A stretch of DNA of 64,000 bases from a virus (lineage: Duplodnaviria; Caudoviricetes), in IMG/VR virus record IMGVR_UViG_3300032373_000001, one strand, 5' to 3'. A program made the translations under genes and the position numbers. The notes under the pieces are model-generated. The model made no database searches. It was given only the letters and a program-made list of their open reading frames with translations, and had not been told where the DNA came from. This document shows positions 45,084 to 54,492 of the stretch, piece after piece (position 1 is the stretch's first letter; each line of letters opens with the position of its first letter).

Positions 45084-45640
45084 TTGAGGGAAGCCTTACA
45101 CTGCCGCTCTTGCTCCTCATACTGCGCCTGTACCTCTGAGGGGCCGAGTCGCGAGGTCCGGACTCCGAGCGTCTCTGCTGCCCGGCTGCCATATTTCCGG
45201 AGCACATAAGGCGGGTCGGCGTACCGCAGGGCGAACTGATCCGCAGAGTACTCTGCCCAGACCGAAAACCCAAGAAAGAGCAAGACGTACAGGGCGACCT
45301 GACCCACTATGGCAGCCAAGGACCCCCGCCATGAGACGACATTCCAGGTCTTCCAGACGACCAGGACCACCAACAGGCTCAGCAATCCGATCAGCCCACC
45401 TTGCTGACGGGGCAGCAGGACCCAGTGGCCGAGCTCGTGGGCGATGACGAACTCCTCCAGTGCAGGGGGAGCATCATACAGGGCACGGTTGAGGCAAATC
45501 CCAGTGCCGGACCAAGTGACCGCCCCCGCAATGGGGCCGTCTACCGAGCCGAAGAAGGCATGCGGAGGGCATTGCTCAAGGCCGATCTCTTCGGCCTTGG
45601 TGCAGAAGTGGTCGCTGAGTTCAGCGTCGACGGGATCCAT
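45080..45640 (-). CDS. M48/M56-like membrane zinc metalloprotease
   Basis: VIAHELGHW, hydrophobic helices, AEYSADQFA. Confidence 0.7.
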   Translation of the reverse strand: MDPVDAELSDHFCTKAEEIGLEQCPPHAFFGSVDGPIAGAVTWSGTGICLNRALYDAPPALEEFVIAHELGHWVLLPRQQGGLIGLLSLLVVLVVWKTWNVVSWRGSLAAIVGQVALYVLLFLGFSVWAEYSADQFALRYADPPYVLRKYGSRAAETLGVRTSRLGPSEVQAQYEEQERQCKASLK

Positions 45641-46280
45641 AAATCTCCCCGAGGGTTCGGATGCCGTCGAAACTTACCTGAGAGGGCGGTTGAGGTCCGC
45701 ACCACTGAAGCATCTGGTAGAAGTCCCAAGCATCGGGGCCCCCATAGGACCCATGAGATTCCCCATAGGCGAAGACCCTCCCCAGGACCATGCCCCTGTC
45801 AAAGGTGTCACAGGCACGCAAGAGATACTCTGGGCCGTAGTCGCCGCTCCCGCGCTTGACGTTCCACACCAACGCATTCGCACCGCCCAGGAGGGCGCTG
45901 CAGTGGGACAGCCCTCGGGGCCCCATCTCAACGGGCCCCGAGACAAGCGACGGGATCAAATCGATGTCCCCTAAGACAGAGGCTCGGAGGTCGGGGGCGA
46001 CGCAAGAAGCTACCAGCTGGGCATGCCTCCGCAAGAAGCGGAGGCACCAATGGGCGGTGAGCATCCTCATCTCTTCCAGGCCCCAGAACTGATAGGCAAT
46101 GGCCCAGGCGTATCGAATCTTGCCCTGATAGCCAAGCTCACACACAGCATCCCCCGGATGGTGCCAGATAGACTGGACCAGCTCCAGCGACTGCCGCACT
46201 TCAGGCTTGTGGAGGTCGCCGGGCTCCTTGAGCTGGGTGAAGAGTTCCCTCAATCCGTCTGTTCGACCGCTTCGGGGCAC
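45621..46280 (-). CDS. Hypothetical protein
   Basis: GGAGG SD before GTG; tiling. Confidence 0.55.
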   Translation of the reverse strand: MPRSGRTDGLRELFTQLKEPGDLHKPEVRQSLELVQSIWHHPGDAVCELGYQGKIRYAWAIAYQFWGLEEMRMLTAHWCLRFLRRHAQLVASCVAPDLRASVLGDIDLIPSLVSGPVEMGPRGLSHCSALLGGANALVWNVKRGSGDYGPEYLLRACDTFDRGMVLGRVFAYGESHGSYGGPDAWDFYQMLQWCGPQPPSQVSFDGIRTLGEIYGSRRR

Positions 46281-47074
46281 TGATCCTCCAAGAGGCGGAC
46301 CTCCTTGGCCCAGCCCCGCTTGAGCAGTTTACGGTAGCCGGGGCTCATGGTGCGGAAGGCATCCCTCAACGGCCGAGACTGAGCCAAGACGAGAAACAGG
46401 TTCTGCGCCAGGGCCTCCGGAGGCCCTCCCGCCCAAGCCACCCCCAAGCAGTGCTCAGCGATTACCGAGAGGATCTGCTCATGCTGCTCGTCTTTGAGCT
46501 TCCCCCAAAAAATGCTCGCATGCGGGTGGTTCAAGAGCTCTCCGGCGATGGCGTAGAACACCTTGGCCAGGTCTCCTTGCTCGTCGGTGTAGTTCTCCTG
46601 GGAGTCAAGGTACAGCTCCTTGATTTCCTCGCCCGTGTAGACTCGAACCTCCTCCTCCTTCGGGGCCATGAGGCCAGCCACCACGGGACTCATGCTGGCG
46701 ATGCGGCTCATGAGGGCCAACCGCTGAACCCTCCCCAGAGGGTGATCCGCGATCAGGTCCTGGTGGCGACTGAGGCAACCGCCGCAATCCGTTGTCTCCT
46801 GGCGGGCGAACCGGGGACAATCCTGGGGGGCAGGGCAAGACTTCTTGCCCCAGCTCAGGACCCTCCGACAGCAAGACAAGCAATCGAAGACCTCACTGAG
46901 CGCCGGGGAGCGGTCTTCTTCGGAAAGATTCAGGACCTCCGGAAGGTCAAGGTACATCTCGCGGGGGAGGTTCCAGCGCGTAGCTGGACACTGCTCTTTC
47001 GCGGGGCAGCTTTCGCAGGGGGACCAATCGACTTTGCGGTAGGGCTTGATCGGCAAGCTGTGCCTCCTACGCAC
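46250..47074 (-). CDS. Hypothetical protein with Cys-rich N-terminus
   Basis: CESC..C, CLSCC, CP...C, CGGC. Confidence 0.6.
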   Translation of the reverse strand: MRRRHSLPIKPYRKVDWSPCESCPAKEQCPATRWNLPREMYLDLPEVLNLSEEDRSPALSEVFDCLSCCRRVLSWGKKSCPAPQDCPRFARQETTDCGGCLSRHQDLIADHPLGRVQRLALMSRIASMSPVVAGLMAPKEEEVRVYTGEEIKELYLDSQENYTDEQGDLAKVFYAIAGELLNHPHASIFWGKLKDEQHEQILSVIAEHCLGVAWAGGPPEALAQNLFLVLAQSRPLRDAFRTMSPGYRKLLKRGWAKEVRLLEDQCPEAVEQTD

Positions 47075-47771
47075 GCTCTACCCCCAGCATCTCCAGCCTC
47101 GCCAGCACCAAGAAGGCATCCAGCAACCCCGAGTGGTCGCCCAACTGACGGCGGGCCTCGCAGATTCGGGTCACTGCCTCTTGAGCGTCCCGGAGGGTCA
47201 GAGGTTCTTCTCGGTCCAGGTAGCGAAGCGCCCCCTTGAGGTGGCTGGCGGCTTGCTTGGGTCCCTGCCTCCTACGATAGCCGGTCAGCAGGTGTTGCCA
47301 GGCGAAAAACTCCACCTCATCCTTGAGCGGTCGGCGCGGAGGAAGGACCACCCCATGACCCCTCAAGCGCTTGACGATGGAGCCTTCCCCCGTAGCGTAC
47401 ACTGCAGGGGCGCTGACCCGGAAGAATTCAAGGAGCCAACTCTGGGCAAGCAGCACCCCTTCCTCCGGGGTGAACCACGAGGGCAACGTCTTCCAGTAGC
47501 GGTGGAACCGCTCCGAATCAGAGCTCAAGAACGAGTGGAAGACCCTCGACTCGGAGGCCCCCAGAGAGATTCGAAGCTCCTCCGCCTGGTCGAACAGGTC
47601 TTGGTTGACGATGCGGTCTCCCATAGACCCGAACGACTCCGCGTACAGGGCGAAGAGCCCCTCTCGGAGCTCTCCGGGAAGGTCGGTCCAAGCTACGGGG
47701 TCGGTCTCCGCACGCCCTTCACCCCGAACCACCGGGTCACGTCCACTTCCGCTCGGTCGCCCGCACTCCAT
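47067..47771 (-). CDS. Hypothetical protein (start uncertain)
   Basis: Tiling; helical composition. Confidence 0.5.
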   Translation of the reverse strand: MECGRPSGSGRDPVVRGEGRAETDPVAWTDLPGELREGLFALYAESFGSMGDRIVNQDLFDQAEELRISLGASESRVFHSFLSSDSERFHRYWKTLPSWFTPEEGVLLAQSWLLEFFRVSAPAVYATGEGSIVKRLRGHGVVLPPRRPLKDEVEFFAWQHLLTGYRRRQGPKQAASHLKGALRYLDREEPLTLRDAQEAVTRICEARRQLGDHSGLLDAFLVLARLEMLGVERA

Positions 47772-48928
47772 GTCTGGAACTCCCCTTGACTTGTGAGGTG
47801 CGCGTACGACTTACCGGAACCGTAGGCCATGCTCACCCGGTAGGAGCTGGACCGGGAGGACCGCTCCAGGGCACGGAGAGTGAAGTCGGGCCAGTAGACG
47901 TTGTGGTCGTTGCCCGAAGCGCGGACGGTACGGCCGCTGGCCCAGCGCTGGGTGCGATACTCGCACTTGTCTTCCACCACCGGCTCCTCGCAGTACTTGG
48001 GGACGTCTTTGCAATCCTCGCCGACCTTCTCCTTCTTCGGGACGTCCACGCAGACCTCCTCAGCGAACCCGTTGCCGAGGTCGTTGACCTTACACTCTTC
48101 CTCGGTGTAGCGGCGGTAGATGGGCTCGCACTCCTCCTCCGTCCCGCACTGAACGCGGGTGGTCTTGCGGGAGTCTTCCCAGCAACGGACCATGTCCATC
48201 CCTGCCCGTTCCCCGCTACCGTTGACTGGGCGAATCTCCCGTCGCTCGCTGGCGTCGCTGCGCCACTCAGCCACGGTCGTGTCGGTCCACACCTCAGTGG
48301 TGATGGTGCGGCTCCAAGAGAGGCTGCTCACCTTGGCAGGCTGCCACTCCGACTGGGACCCGTACCAGAGGAACCAGACGAGGAAGCAGACCGCCACTGC
48401 CCCCAGGAGGATGTACAGGGCAGTCAGGCCCCCACCGCCCGCAAAGACGGCAGCCATCCCTCCCCGAGTTCCGCCGTTGCCCGCAGAAGACGTCGACGAT
48501 CGCTGCGGGGTTCGAGGCGACGGGGTTGCGGCAGGGGTTTGGGGGGTGAAGCGAGGCCGCGGTGCGGCTTGCCGCAAGGTCGGAGTGGGTGCCGGTTGGG
48601 GGCGGGGCTCTGGGCGACCGCTGAACTTGGGCAGACCTCCGGTCGCCTTGTTGTGCCCCCCTCGGGGGAGGCCGCACTGCTTGCAAGCGTCCGCGTCACC
48701 CCGGTTGCCAGCACTGCATCCCTCGCAGTGCCAGTCTGCACCCGCACGGGCCTTTTCGAGCAACTTCGGGTCGGTCACAGTGTTGTCCCGGTCGATGCGA
48801 GCACCCTTCAGCTCAGCACCCTCACGGGGATTCCCGCAGTTCGGGCAGATCTTGTGCCGACCCTTAATTGACTTGGAGCCGCAAGAGTCGCAGCCCCAAG
48901 ACATCTCAATAATCCGACGACGAGCCAT
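47693..48928 (-). CDS. Double zinc-ribbon membrane protein
   Basis: WGCDSC...CPNCG, WHCEGC...CKQCG, Pro-rich linker, one TM helix, Cys-containing external domain. Confidence 0.8.
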   Translation of the reverse strand: MARRRIIEMSWGCDSCGSKSIKGRHKICPNCGNPREGAELKGARIDRDNTVTDPKLLEKARAGADWHCEGCSAGNRGDADACKQCGLPRGGHNKATGGLPKFSGRPEPRPQPAPTPTLRQAAPRPRFTPQTPAATPSPRTPQRSSTSSAGNGGTRGGMAAVFAGGGGLTALYILLGAVAVCFLVWFLWYGSQSEWQPAKVSSLSWSRTITTEVWTDTTVAEWRSDASERREIRPVNGSGERAGMDMVRCWEDSRKTTRVQCGTEEECEPIYRRYTEEECKVNDLGNGFAEEVCVDVPKKEKVGEDCKDVPKYCEEPVVEDKCEYRTQRWASGRTVRASGNDHNVYWPDFTLRALERSSRSSSYRVSMAYGSGKSYAHLTSQGEFQTWSAGDRAEVDVTRWFGVKGVRRPTP

Positions 48929-48931
48929 TTT

Positions 48932-48968
48932 GTAGCCTCCTGCCCGCGACGGGCAGTCCGGCTTACGG
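48932..48968 (-). promoter_or_regulatory. CCGTAA element overlapping SD-containing hairpin
   Basis: CC-GTAAGCC-GGA-CTGCCCG-TCG-CGGGCAG-GA-GGCTAC-AAA-ATG. Confidence 0.6.
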
Positions 48969-49005
48969 CACGGTCAAGCGTGCGCTATTTCGGACCCGCT
49001 GGGAG

Positions 49006-49038
49006 GGTCCTCCGCCCCTTCTCGTAGGGCGGAGGACC
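49006..49038 (-). terminator. Hairpin after helicase gene (no U-tract)
   Basis: GGTCCTCCGCCC/GGGCGGAGGACC 12-bp stem. Confidence 0.5.
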
Positions 49039-49073
49039 TCCGGGTCGTGGGGGAAGCTGAGGCCCACAAGCCG

Positions 49074-50558
49074 TCAACCGTCCAGGCTGAGGTCGATCTC
49101 CGCACCGATCGCCCGTGCCTTAGCGACCTCCAAGTCCTTCTGGGTGAAGATCCTTCGACAGGGCCACAAGACCCCCGCCACGAACTCCTTAAAAGGGGCC
49201 GAGTCGCGGGTCTTCAGGCACATATACTTGACGAGGTTGCTCTCGCGCAGCTCCGTGTCGACGAAGGATGCCGTGACAACGTCGGAGGAACGCTCGGCCT
49301 CGTTGGCGTAGCTGAGGTGGGTCAAGTTGTAGGTCCCCCCGTTCTTCTCCGCTGCCTTGAACCCCTCGCGACTGATCTGAAACAAGGCGACAACAGCGAT
49401 GCCCATGCCCCTGTTGAAGTTCATCGCCAGCCGCTTCAGGTCCCGGAGGACCTCGTTGAGCCGCTCGGTGGTGGAGTTGTGCCGGTTGCGGCTCTGCATC
49501 AGACCGGCGTGGTCCACCGTGATCATGCGGACGGCGGGATCCTTTTGGTAGAGCAGCTCGGCCTTGGAGCGGAGGTCGTTGACGTTGAAGTCCGACTTGT
49601 CGGGGTCGGAAACTTCGATGTGGAGCTTGCCGTACTTGTTGGCAGGGTCGTTGAAGTCCGGGATGACATAGTCAAAGTAGAACTTCTTCTCCAACTCCCC
49701 CAGCTCGCCATCCCGGATCTTCTCGTAGTCCAAAGACTTGCCGAGCTTGAGCTTCTTCCGAACCTTCCGAAACTTGTGGTGGCTGGAATGGATCGCATAC
49801 AGAATCCGACGCACCTGCTCGTAAGGCATCTCCAAACTGAACAAGATGCTGGAGTGCCTGTAGAACACCGACTGGTTGTAGTGCCAGTTGATCGACAGGG
49901 TGGACTTCAGTCCACCCGTGAAAGCAGCATGCGTCCAGAGCTCTTTGCGCTTGGCCCCCTTGAGAGCAAGGTCCATCTGCTCGATGCCCGTCAGCTGTCC
50001 GATGCCTGCGAGCGGGTCAGACTCCACTCGCTCGTACTCTCGCTTGACGTCCTCACCGTCCGAGTTGGCAGTGCCGCTGAGACGACTCACCCCAGTCGGG
50101 GTGATGATTTCCCCGGCTTGATCCACGACGTAACGGATCGCATCGATGGGTCCTCGAAGGTGAATCTCCTTCCGACCCTCCTTCAAGGTGATGCCTGAAG
50201 TGGCGATCGTCGCAGCGTCCCGGAGGATCTCACTCGTCCGGTACTGGCGGCGGTTCTCCTGTTGCGTCTCGAGAAGTTTGAGGAAGTCGCCCTGGATGCG
50301 AGGCTTCTCTGCCTCGATGACATCAAGGCGGTCCACCACCTCCAGCTGCTGGACTTGGGTGAAGTGCTCTCGGAGGGTCTGGGCACTGGGAACGTGGTGG
50401 TACTGGCTGAAGAAGTCTTGGACCCAGGTCCAGATCACCGAATCCTCGCCGACCTCAAACTCGACGTTGCTTTCCCGCAGGGCCACAGCGTTTCGGAGGA
50501 ACAGCTCTGGATCATCCCCCGCGTCGGCGCGGAAGGTAGAACGCAAAAGCGCTTTCAT
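49074..50558 (-). CDS. dnaB: DnaB-like replicative helicase
   Basis: LTGIEQMD..L.G...ELW, AFTGGLKS (variant Walker A), FSLEM, ITVDH, LFQISREG, EAERSSDVV. Confidence 0.88.
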   Translation of the reverse strand: MKALLRSTFRADAGDDPELFLRNAVALRESNVEFEVGEDSVIWTWVQDFFSQYHHVPSAQTLREHFTQVQQLEVVDRLDVIEAEKPRIQGDFLKLLETQQENRRQYRTSEILRDAATIATSGITLKEGRKEIHLRGPIDAIRYVVDQAGEIITPTGVSRLSGTANSDGEDVKREYERVESDPLAGIGQLTGIEQMDLALKGAKRKELWTHAAFTGGLKSTLSINWHYNQSVFYRHSSILFSLEMPYEQVRRILYAIHSSHHKFRKVRKKLKLGKSLDYEKIRDGELGELEKKFYFDYVIPDFNDPANKYGKLHIEVSDPDKSDFNVNDLRSKAELLYQKDPAVRMITVDHAGLMQSRNRHNSTTERLNEVLRDLKRLAMNFNRGMGIAVVALFQISREGFKAAEKNGGTYNLTHLSYANEAERSSDVVTASFVDTELRESNLVKYMCLKTRDSAPFKEFVAGVLWPCRRIFTQKDLEVAKARAIGAEIDLSLDG

Positions 50559-50561
50559 TGC

Positions 50562-51278
50562 TCAGCCTCGCAAGCTCTTTCGGATGGGTTTGTTGGGGCG
50601 TTGCGGAGCAGACTTCCCCGAGCGGGCAGTCGTCCGCCCGCCGCCCAGCTCCTTCATGCCCATGCGCTTCCAGTGCCGAAGGGTGACTCCGACCTGATCG
50701 CTCCAGAACAAGTGACCGGAGTTCAACGGGTGGGTCGGTTGGTCCCAGACCCAAGTCGGCTTGCCCTCATGCTCTCTCAGACGCAAAGCCTCCGCCAACG
50801 TCTCCGGTGCCGCTTGGTTTCGGGTGACCTTGACCCCCATGCGGATGATCAGGAGGTCAGGCGGGAGCGCAAGATCGACCAGCGTCAGATAGCGGGTCGA
50901 AGCCTTCCGCGCGTCCGCATCGAAGATCTCTTGGCCTTGGATGGCAATGGAAGCCAGCCAAGAGGTGGTCAGGTCGGCATCCGTGACCACCTTACACCGC
51001 CACGTGGTCGGCATCCGGATCACAACATGGCGCAAGTGGGACAGGAAGGTAGGGTCGGCAGTGACCCAGAGGGAGTTGCCCTCCATGTCTAAGAAGGGGC
51101 TGGCCTTGACGGGGGGCTCCAACCACAGCCCCCTCAAGGCGCGCTCACAGTTCTGGCGAACATCGCCGTGTAGCGCGCACCGGCACCGCTCAAAGCGGGG
51201 AGGGTGAGGGTCCTTCAGCTCCACCTCTACCATGCCAGTGCCGACGCAGAGTTTACAGTTGGGGTCAGGGGCACTCAT
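50562..51278 (-). CDS. Degenerate DnaC/IstB-like helicase loader with Zn finger
   Basis: CKLC.G.G...CRC N-terminus; PDLLIIRMG and L.E.L..R...KPTW but no GKT; directly upstream of DnaB. Confidence 0.6.
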   Translation of the reverse strand: MSAPDPNCKLCVGTGMVEVELKDPHPPRFERCRCALHGDVRQNCERALRGLWLEPPVKASPFLDMEGNSLWVTADPTFLSHLRHVVIRMPTTWRCKVVTDADLTTSWLASIAIQGQEIFDADARKASTRYLTLVDLALPPDLLIIRMGVKVTRNQAAPETLAEALRLREHEGKPTWVWDQPTHPLNSGHLFWSDQVGVTLRHWKRMGMKELGGGRTTARSGKSAPQRPNKPIRKSLRG

Positions 51279-51288
51279 CTCTTACACC

Positions 51289-52368
51289 TCAAGAACCCTT
51301 ACCCGAGGCTGCACCTTCTTGGCGGACTCCAGGAGGCTGAACGGTCCACCCCTTCTTGAGCAAGTAGTCCCGGTACATCTCTTCTTCGGGGCTCGGCTTG
51401 TAGGGCACAGCCTCGGGGAACGGGTCCACGCTCACTACCCATTTGCCTTCGCGCATCGCGAAATAGGCGGGGAAGGGATGGCTATCCCCCTCAAAGTAGA
51501 GCTCCACCAGCCCGTAGTACTGGTCCCCCTTGAGGAAGACGTGCGGCGGATGCCGGAGCAAATTGTAGGCCACGTAGTCAGCGACCTGCGCCTTGGTCTT
51601 GCCTCCCAGGCGGAGGGGGCCATAATTTTGGAGGGCTCGACAGAAGTCTTTGGTCAGATTCACCTGATCCGGGCGGAGGTCTTGGCCCGTGCTGTCTTGA
51701 ATGCTCCCCTGCGTCCTCCAAGTCAAGAGGCCACCTTCCCCAGGGAAGTAGCGATCGTCGGAGTAGAACGGATCCAGCTTCTTGGGCTCTGCGCACTGGT
51801 CGCGGGGGATGAGGTACACCTCATCCGCCCCCCGGAACACCAGGAATTCTTCACCGCGCCGGGCACGGAAGGCCATGTGGGGGCGCAGCGTCACAGGCAG
51901 CACCCGATTGTAGGTCTCACCCTCGGGCTTGACCTGACGCGCCGGGTCTTCGGCCCACTGGCGCAGCTCCTCGGGGGAGTACCCCAGGTTGTCCAGGATC
52001 CGGACCTGACGTCGGCCCCTCGGGAACGAACTCCTCTTCTGAGGAGCCTTGCCGAGGAAGTTGTGGAAAGCCGCAATGCGCTTCTTCTCTTGGTGAATCC
52101 GAAGGAAGGTTACCAAAACTCGGCGCGTCTCCTCCCGCTTGTCTACCGCCGAGACGAACACTCCCGTGCAGTCTGAGTGGAGGTGGAAGGTGGCGGTGGG
52201 GTTCTTAGCCTGTCCTACGTCAGGACCGAGGAGGAAGCGAGCCTGATCTTGGGAGATTTCCGTGGAGCCCGCATAGTTCGCAAAGATGTCAGCTTCGTCG
52301 CCTCCTGGGTATTCCCGATTGTAGTTGCGGGCGCAGCTTCGGCTTACTTTCACGATGTCATCATGCAC
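51289..52368 (-). CDS. Hypothetical protein
   Basis: 359-aa ORF tiling the replication block. Confidence 0.7.
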   Translation of the reverse strand: MHDDIVKVSRSCARNYNREYPGGDEADIFANYAGSTEISQDQARFLLGPDVGQAKNPTATFHLHSDCTGVFVSAVDKREETRRVLVTFLRIHQEKKRIAAFHNFLGKAPQKRSSFPRGRRQVRILDNLGYSPEELRQWAEDPARQVKPEGETYNRVLPVTLRPHMAFRARRGEEFLVFRGADEVYLIPRDQCAEPKKLDPFYSDDRYFPGEGGLLTWRTQGSIQDSTGQDLRPDQVNLTKDFCRALQNYGPLRLGGKTKAQVADYVAYNLLRHPPHVFLKGDQYYGLVELYFEGDSHPFPAYFAMREGKWVVSVDPFPEAVPYKPSPEEEMYRDYLLKKGWTVQPPGVRQEGAASGKGS

Positions 52369-52675
52369 GCTCTTCTCTCTTTGGGGGAGGGAGGCGTCCG
52401 GATTCCCGCAGACCAGCCCAGAGCCAACCCAGCTTGTAGGGGTCCTTCGTCACATCCTCCCAGAACTTCCCCTGGTCGAAACTGACTTGAAGCCGTACTT
52501 CTCCGGTGGAGTACTCCAGCAAGGCGAACACCGGGCTCATCGGGTCGGAGAACCGGACTGCGTAAGCCTTCGCCCCAGGCTCGACCGCCCTGGCTGAGTG
52601 CCAGTTCTGGTGCATCAGCGCCCAGAGCACCAGAAGCTGGGTTTGTTCCCGCTGGGAACCAAGAGTCGCCATCAC
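52361..52675 (-). CDS. Hypothetical protein
   Basis: GGGGAG SD; tiling. Confidence 0.6.
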   Translation of the reverse strand: MMATLGSQREQTQLLVLWALMHQNWHSARAVEPGAKAYAVRFSDPMSPVFALLEYSTGEVRLQVSFDQGKFWEDVTKDPYKLGWLWAGLRESGRLPPPKREERA

Positions 52676-52716
52676 TCCCCTCTTCGGGGGAAGATTCAGC
52701 TCCTCCCCGCTTAAAT

Positions 52717-53559
52717 TTACCCGAGGCGGAGAGCGATCGCAGCCAGCAGGTCTTTTGCTGCTTGGGGGTTGAAGGCCGTGACGTAGCCCGCAGACTTCCC
52801 CGGGACCCAGTAGTCCGAAGCCCGAGCGGGTGCATACTTGTCGATGCCCTCAGTGTAGCCGTGGGTGACCTGGAAGAAGAAGCGGGTGTCGCTGTCGAAG
52901 GAGTAGGGGCTCTCCAGGTTCTGGGGGGTCTCGCCGTCCCTGCTGGCGATCCAGTGGGTAGAGCCCCAGTCCCGGTGGGTCCACTCGGTGGACCGGTGGC
53001 GGGCGATCCACCGGTCCTTGGCAGCTCCGGTCACCTCGGACCAGGTCCCGTTTGAACGCTGGACCCGGAGGATGCGGGGATCAGCCATCTCCTCGTCGGT
53101 CCACTCCTTGTAGCGATACCCACGCTTCTTGCCCTCGACCGCGAGGTACTCTTCCGCTGGGGCCACCGGGGACTGGGCCAGGAGTGCTGCCTGGACGGCA
53201 TCGGGCAGCGGAGTCTGCTTGCCGTAGGTCTCATCGTTTTCGTTGGCGAAGGCCACCGCGATGTCGTGCAGGTTGTTCCGCATGTACACTGCCCACCCCC
53301 CGTCGAGGGCGATGCGAATGACCGGCATGGGCGTGCTCTTGGATGTGTGGAAGCCGATGACCCCGACTGCCAGGCCGGGGCATACAGAGGTCGCCATGTC
53401 CTGGAAGGCTGCGGGCTGACCCTCCCCCGCCTTGTAAGCGTAGAGAGTGTCCGGAACGCAGGAATGGAAGAGGGCCTCCCAGCCTGCAACAGTGAACGCC
53501 TCCCCCTCCCCCAGGTTCTCAAACGCCTTCTGGAACGTCTCGATGTAGTCTCGCGCCAT
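52717..53559 (-). CDS. Hypothetical protein
   Basis: GGAG SD; protein-like. Confidence 0.7.
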   Translation of the reverse strand: MARDYIETFQKAFENLGEGEAFTVAGWEALFHSCVPDTLYAYKAGEGQPAAFQDMATSVCPGLAVGVIGFHTSKSTPMPVIRIALDGGWAVYMRNNLHDIAVAFANENDETYGKQTPLPDAVQAALLAQSPVAPAEEYLAVEGKKRGYRYKEWTDEEMADPRILRVQRSNGTWSEVTGAAKDRWIARHRSTEWTHRDWGSTHWIASRDGETPQNLESPYSFDSDTRFFFQVTHGYTEGIDKYAPARASDYWVPGKSAGYVTAFNPQAAKDLLAAIALRLG

Positions 53560-53601
53560 AGGACCGCACTCCGTGATTGAGGTCAGTCAGGACTACCGGA
53601 A

Positions 53602-54219
53602 CTACAACTCGGGCAAGGCCAAGACCTCCAGCACCTTGGCCCGGAGGTCCTCCAGGGTGCCGTCGTTGACGATCAGGTGATCGGGTTCTATCAAGTCCAC
53701 CGAAGTCTCGCTGGTGTGGGTGTCGTCCAGGCCCTCCAGGAGGGAGGGGCGGACCACCTTCCACACCGTGCCCCCCCACCTACGGATCGCCTCCGCCTCG
53801 TTGGGGTAGCGCACGTCTGTGAGGACCCACCGACTCGGGTCCCGCGCCACCAAGGATGTAGGCAAGAACGCCTTGGCCTGATGAGAGTGAATCAGCGGAT
53901 TCTGCCCGGCGAGCGCGCGATCGATGGTGGTCTTGGCGTAATCTACCCACGTCGGCTCGTAGAGCCTGCGGAACATCTCGGTGCCGATCTGCTGCATGGC
54001 GTGCCGAGGGCTGAACCCGTAACGAGGGTCCACGGTCTCTTTGTCCGCAGTAGTACCGAAACACTGCGCGTAGCTGAACCCGTATAGGTCCATGGCAATC
54101 CGCTTGATCGGGTCTGCGAAGGCGAGTTGGGTGAAGTTGGCCTCGTCTCGGAGGAAGCCGCCGACCGTGTCTTTGCCGTGGCGCTTTCGTCCGCAGACGC
54201 CAATGATCCTTACTCCCAT
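53602..54219 (-). CDS. Deoxynucleoside monophosphate kinase
   Basis: IIGVCGRKRHGKDT, FADPIK, PRHAMQQIGTE, TDVRYPNEAEAIR, HTSE. Confidence 0.92.
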   Translation of the reverse strand: MGVRIIGVCGRKRHGKDTVGGFLRDEANFTQLAFADPIKRIAMDLYGFSYAQCFGTTADKETVDPRYGFSPRHAMQQIGTEMFRRLYEPTWVDYAKTTIDRALAGQNPLIHSHQAKAFLPTSLVARDPSRWVLTDVRYPNEAEAIRRWGGTVWKVVRPSLLEGLDDTHTSETSVDLIEPDHLIVNDGTLEDLRAKVLEVLALPEL

Positions 54220-54440
54220 CAGGGATTCTCCTTCAGTTCTTCGAGCTGGGCAGCCAAAGCATCGCGCTCCGCCAACAGCTCAGCAGTGAGATCGGGGAGG
54301 CGCAGTAGCAGGTCCCCGCACTCTTTGGTGATGTCGTTGAGGATGAACACTCCCAGGCCATCCCCAGGAGGGTCAGCAGCTACTGAGTCTCCGGCATTCT
54401 TCAAGAGAAGGCGGAGGAGCTGCAGTCGTTCAGGTTTCAT
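54219..54440 (-). CDS. Small hypothetical protein (start revised to ATG 54440)
   Basis: TGATG coupling to dNMP kinase; C-terminal coiled coil. Confidence 0.55.
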   Translation of the reverse strand: MKPERLQLLRLLLKNAGDSVAADPPGDGLGVFILNDITKECGDLLLRLPDLTAELLAERDALAAQLEELKENP

Positions 54441-54462
54441 GCCTAACCGTACCCTCCTGGGG

Positions 54463-54492
54463 GGTAATCTTCCGTACACGGAGGATAGGATG
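54463..54492 (+). promoter_or_regulatory. GGTAA element + SD-sequestering hairpin
   Basis: GGTA-ATCTTCCG-TACA-CGGAGGAT-AGG-ATG. Confidence 0.7.
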
